Assembly: GCA_043826435.1 (NCBI GenBank)
Contig: JBDRQF010000016.1
Coordinates: 1 to 20,127 of the forward strand
Direction of reading: 5' to 3'
Length of the DNA stretch: 20,127 bases
From: Elusimicrobiota bacterium
GTDB taxonomy: Bacteria > Elusimicrobiota > Endomicrobiia > CG1-02-37-114 > JAHJSO01
The notes below the pieces were generated by a model. The model made no database searches and was not told where the DNA came from. It saw only the letters and a program-made list of their open reading frames with translations. A program made the translations under genes and the position numbers. Below, piece after piece: positions 16,990 to 20,127 of this stretch (the stretch's first letter is position 1; each line of letters begins with the position of its first letter).

Positions 16990-19750
16990 CCAAACAATAG
17001 AAGTGAAGCCCCGTCAGGAAGTCAAGCCCCGCCGACACGGGACGACAAAACCGACACGGGACGACAAAAAAACGGTATTAGAAGTTGCGAAATCTGCTGG
17101 TATATTCATTCCATCTTTGTGTTATTATCCTGGGTTAACTCCATACGGTGGTTGTAGGTTATGTATAGTACAAATAGAAGGAATGAAAGGTCTGCCAACG
17201 GCGTGTACTACCCCTACTGAAGATGGTATGGTTATAAAAACTAACACTGAAGAATTGCAGAACCTTCGCCGACAGGTATTTGAATTTATTTTGAGTGAAC
17301 ATAACAAAACATGCACTACATGTGCTAAAAACTTAAGATGTGAACTACAAACACTTGCCGCATATCTTGGTGTTGACACCCTAACCCTGCCTTATATAGA
17401 AAAAAGGCCTGCCGTATACAATAATGAGCCATTTTTTGACCGTGATTACAATCTATGTATTCTCTGTGGAAGGTGTGTTCGTGTTTGTGAAGAAATAAGA
17501 AAAAATAGTGCTGTTGATTTTACTTTTCGCGGAATTGACACAGTTCCTGGCACTATGTTTGATTTACAATTCACAGGGACAGGGTTATCTAACCGGCTAC
17601 AAAATTCTGACTGTGAGTTTTGCGGCGCCTGTGTTGATATATGTCCAACAGGTGCTCTTATAGAAAAAGATTTTAGAGAATCGGCTTTTCTTGATAAGAC
17701 CGTTACTACTATCTGTCCTTATTGTGGTGTCGGCTGCCCTATAAAATTAGAAATCAAAGATAATAAAATCATCAGAACCATTCCTGATTTAGAAGGACCT
17801 GTGAATTACGGTCAGTTGTGTGTTAAGGGCCGTTTCGGTATAAAGGATTTTGTACATCATCCAAAACGATTAACAAAACCACTTACACGGTTAACATCTG
17901 ATGGTAAACAGTTAACCGAATTCAGGGAAGTTTCCTGGGATGAAGCGCTAAATCTAATTGCTGAGAAGTTTTCTAAGTATAAAGGCGATGAATTTGCTGT
18001 TATTTCGTCGGCAAAGTGTACGAATGAAGAAAATTATGTAATTCAGAAATTTGCAAGGACTATAATGGGGACAAATAATATAGACCACTGCGCGCGGCTG
18101 TGCCATGCACCCTCGGTTGCAGGGTTGGCCCAGACACTCGGCTCTGGCGCTATGACAAACTCTATAAATGAAATCGCTGATGCTTCTTGTATATTCGCGA
18201 TAGGCACAAATACAACATCTGCTCATCCTGTGATTGGACTTAAGATAAAAGGTGCGGTTAGAAACGGCGCAAAACTTATTGTAGCGAACCCGAGAAAAAT
18301 TGACCTGTGCCGTTTCGCTGATATTTTTTTACAACACCGACCAGGAAGTGATGTCGCTTTGCTTATGGGTATTATGCGCATTATTGTTGATGAAGGACTT
18401 TTTGACAGGGAATTTATAGAAACCCGGTGTGAAAATTTTGAAGTATTTAAGGAATCGCTTAATAATTTTAATTTAGAAATTGTAGAAAATATTACAGGTG
18501 TTCCCCGTCAGAAGATAATAGAGGCAGCACGGTGTTATGCCGTTAATAAACCTGCGTCAATTCTTTACGCTATGGGAATTACCCAACACTCGCACGGAAC
18601 TGACAATGTTCTTGCAACCAGCAATCTGGCGTTGCTTACCGGAAACATCGGTAAGCCCTCTTCGGGTGTTAATCCCCTTCGTGGGCAGAATAACGTCCAG
18701 GGCGCCTGCGATATGGGTGCTCTGCCGAATGTGTTCCCCGGATATCAGAAACTGGACGACCCCGAGACCAGACAGAAGTTTGAGTCATCATGGGGAGTTG
18801 CTCTAAATGTTCACGCAGGTCTGACACTTACTGAAATATTACAATCCGCCTATCAAAGAAAAATTAAAGCAATTTATCTTGTCGGTGAAAATCCTGTTTT
18901 GAGCGAACCCTGCGCCAGACATTCTGAAGGAGCGCTTGAAGAATTGGAGTTCCTGGTTGTTCAGGATATTTTTTTGACGGAAACCGCCCGCCTTGCTAAA
19001 GTTGTTCTGCCTGCCTGTACTTTTAGTGAAAAAGATGGAACATTTACAAATACTGAACGAAGGGTTCAACTTGTCCGTAAGGCGATAGACCCGGTCGGTG
19101 ATTCAAAACCCGACTGGTGGATAACCTGTCAGATAGCAAAAAAGATGGGTGGAAAAGGGTTTGATTTTTCATCTCCAGCGGAAATAATGGAAGAAATTGC
19201 TTCTCTAACTCCAAGTTACAAAGGGATAACTCATCAGCGCCTTGCAAAAGCCGGATTGCAATGGCCCTGCCCCACATTAGAACACAAGGGAACGCAGATT
19301 CTTCATACTGATAGATTTGCTACAAAAAATGGTAAGGGAAGGTTTATACCTTTAGAATATAAACCGTCTGCTGAAGTTCCGGATGATGATTATCCGTTGA
19401 TACTTACAACTGAACGCAGTTTATATCACTATCATACAGGTACAATTACAAGAAAGGTTGAAGGTTTAAATATTTTAAGGAGTCAGGAATTTGTGGAAAT
19501 AAATCCAGAAGATGCTACTGCCCTCGGGATATCTGATGGCGAAATGGTTTGCGTCCTTTCCCGTCGCGGAGAAGTTAAAGTCAGAGTAAAGATAACAGAT
19601 ACATCTCCACCAGGCGTGGTTTCAATGACTTTTCATTTTGCCGAGACACCGACTAACCGCCTGACAAATCCTGCACTTGACCCTGTTTCCAAAATTCCTG
19701 AACTAAAGGTTTGTGCTGTCAGAATAGAAAAAACGCAAGAAAATCGGTAA
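16967..19750 (+). CDS. fdhF: Mo/W-bis-PGD formate dehydrogenase alpha subunit (Cys-type) with N-terminal NuoG-like FeS domains
   Basis: IPSLC...GGCRLC...TAC; HNKTCTTCAKNLRC; CILCGRCVRVC / CEFCGACVDICP; CPYCGVGC...CVKG; active site DHCARLCHAPS; RGQNNVQGACDMG; EKDGTFTNTERRVQ; C-terminal DPVSKIPELKVCAV. ATG 16967 preferred over the in-frame TTG at 16958. Confidence 0.95.
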   Translation: MHKINIDGQTIEVKPRQEVKPRRHGTTKPTRDDKKTVLEVAKSAGIFIPSLCYYPGLTPYGGCRLCIVQIEGMKGLPTACTTPTEDGMVIKTNTEELQNLRRQVFEFILSEHNKTCTTCAKNLRCELQTLAAYLGVDTLTLPYIEKRPAVYNNEPFFDRDYNLCILCGRCVRVCEEIRKNSAVDFTFRGIDTVPGTMFDLQFTGTGLSNRLQNSDCEFCGACVDICPTGALIEKDFRESAFLDKTVTTICPYCGVGCPIKLEIKDNKIIRTIPDLEGPVNYGQLCVKGRFGIKDFVHHPKRLTKPLTRLTSDGKQLTEFREVSWDEALNLIAEKFSKYKGDEFAVISSAKCTNEENYVIQKFARTIMGTNNIDHCARLCHAPSVAGLAQTLGSGAMTNSINEIADASCIFAIGTNTTSAHPVIGLKIKGAVRNGAKLIVANPRKIDLCRFADIFLQHRPGSDVALLMGIMRIIVDEGLFDREFIETRCENFEVFKESLNNFNLEIVENITGVPRQKIIEAARCYAVNKPASILYAMGITQHSHGTDNVLATSNLALLTGNIGKPSSGVNPLRGQNNVQGACDMGALPNVFPGYQKLDDPETRQKFESSWGVALNVHAGLTLTEILQSAYQRKIKAIYLVGENPVLSEPCARHSEGALEELEFLVVQDIFLTETARLAKVVLPACTFSEKDGTFTNTERRVQLVRKAIDPVGDSKPDWWITCQIAKKMGGKGFDFSSPAEIMEEIASLTPSYKGITHQRLAKAGLQWPCPTLEHKGTQILHTDRFATKNGKGRFIPLEYKPSAEVPDDDYPLILTTERSLYHYHTGTITRKVEGLNILRSQEFVEINPEDATALGISDGEMVCVLSRRGEVKVRVKITDTSPPGVVSMTFHFAETPTNRLTNPALDPVSKIPELKVCAVRIEKTQENR
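17000..17069 (+). repeat. Two adjacent tandem duplications in the fdh 5' end
   Basis: GAAGT(G/C)AAGCCCCG at 17000-17013 and 17018-17031 (18-bp period); CCGACACGGGACGACAAAA exact at 17032-17050 and 17051-17069 (19-bp period). Confidence 0.9.
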
Positions 19751-19756
19751 TAGTTA

Positions 19757-19803
19757 ATGAAATCGGACCAAAAATTTTGTATAATATTGGTTTGAAAGGG
19801 AGG
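19757..19803 (+). promoter_or_regulatory. Sigma70-type promoter and Shine-Dalgarno upstream of acsB
   Basis: ATGAAA (19757-19762, 4/6 to TTGACA), 17-nt spacer, perfect TATAAT (19780-19785); GGAGG at 19799-19803 before the ATG at 19814. Confidence 0.6.
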
Positions 19804-19813
19804 GGTCACAGTC

Positions 19814-20127
19814 ATGTCAAAAATTGTAGCGTCTGCAGCAATTAGAGGAGCAAAAAAGATTGTCTCTGAGGCAGAGGAACTATTAAAAAAAGCAATAGCC
19901 GAAAAAGGGGAATCTACAAAAGTGGAATTTCCTGACACTGCCTTTTATTTTCCGATGGCGAATGCCCTCATGGGCGTGGAGGTTAAAACACTGAAGGATG
20001 CTTTGATACCCCTGCAGGAAGCGAAATCACTTCTGCCCAAAGAAGAACCATCCGATAACCTGTGGCTGCCATATCTTGGCGATACATTAAACAGCGGCAT
20101 AGCGACCCTTCTCGGAGAGGAAATAAT
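19814..20127 (+). CDS. acsB: Acetyl-CoA synthase subunit (AcsB), N-terminal fragment, 3'-truncated by the window edge
   Basis: Not in the ORF track. Manual translation: MSKIVASAAIRGAKKIVSEAEELLKKAIAEKGESTKVEFPDTAFYFPMANALMGVEVKTLKDA...LWLPYLGDTLNSGIATLLGEEI. This matches the bacterial AcsB N-terminal pattern (SAAIRGA...FP.TA.Y.P...LPYLG..L..G.ATL..EE); RBS and cooS/cooC context agree. Confidence 0.88.
   Translation, partial: MSKIVASAAIRGAKKIVSEAEELLKKAIAEKGESTKVEFPDTAFYFPMANALMGVEVKTLKDALIPLQEAKSLLPKEEPSDNLWLPYLGDTLNSGIATLLGEEI

Noticed and set aside
18085..18115. Selenocysteine in the formate dehydrogenase
   Set aside because: The metal ligand codon is TGC (ARLCH) and the frame has no internal TGA.
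19633..19938. 101-aa minus-strand ORF
   Set aside because: Antisense to the fdh 3' end and the acsB 5' end, both strongly supported.

Overview
All recognisable genes lie on the + strand. The window opens in the 3' part of a large, 5'-truncated secreted or surface protein (Ig-like repeats, six NHL repeats, C-terminal YPNP-type sorting-like domain). The rest is a tightly coupled anaerobic C1 / Wood-Ljungdahl gene cluster: folD, yjbQ, hexulose-6-phosphate synthase/RraA fusion, core (MesB-like) methionine synthase, cooC, mscS, cooS (Ni-CODH), cooF, then two tandem HydC/HydB-like (NuoE/NuoF-like) flavo-FeS modules, and the 5' end of acsB (not in the ORF track). Module 1 ends in a small catalytic-domain-less NuoG-N-like FeS protein; module 2 ends in a Cys-type Mo/W formate dehydrogenase. 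Main candidate for something new: both NuoF paralogs carry bifurcating-type signatures but differ at the nucleotide-specificity residue (GESSA vs GEETA). This suggests an NADP(H) arm and an NAD(H) arm wired between CODH and FDH. Also notable are a FolD lacking the cyclohydrolase Lys, homogenised DNA patches shared by the two modules, and several in-frame repeat or palindrome insertions in protein loops. No rRNA, tRNA, CRISPR array or transposase was seen. All family calls come from motif recognition, not database searches.
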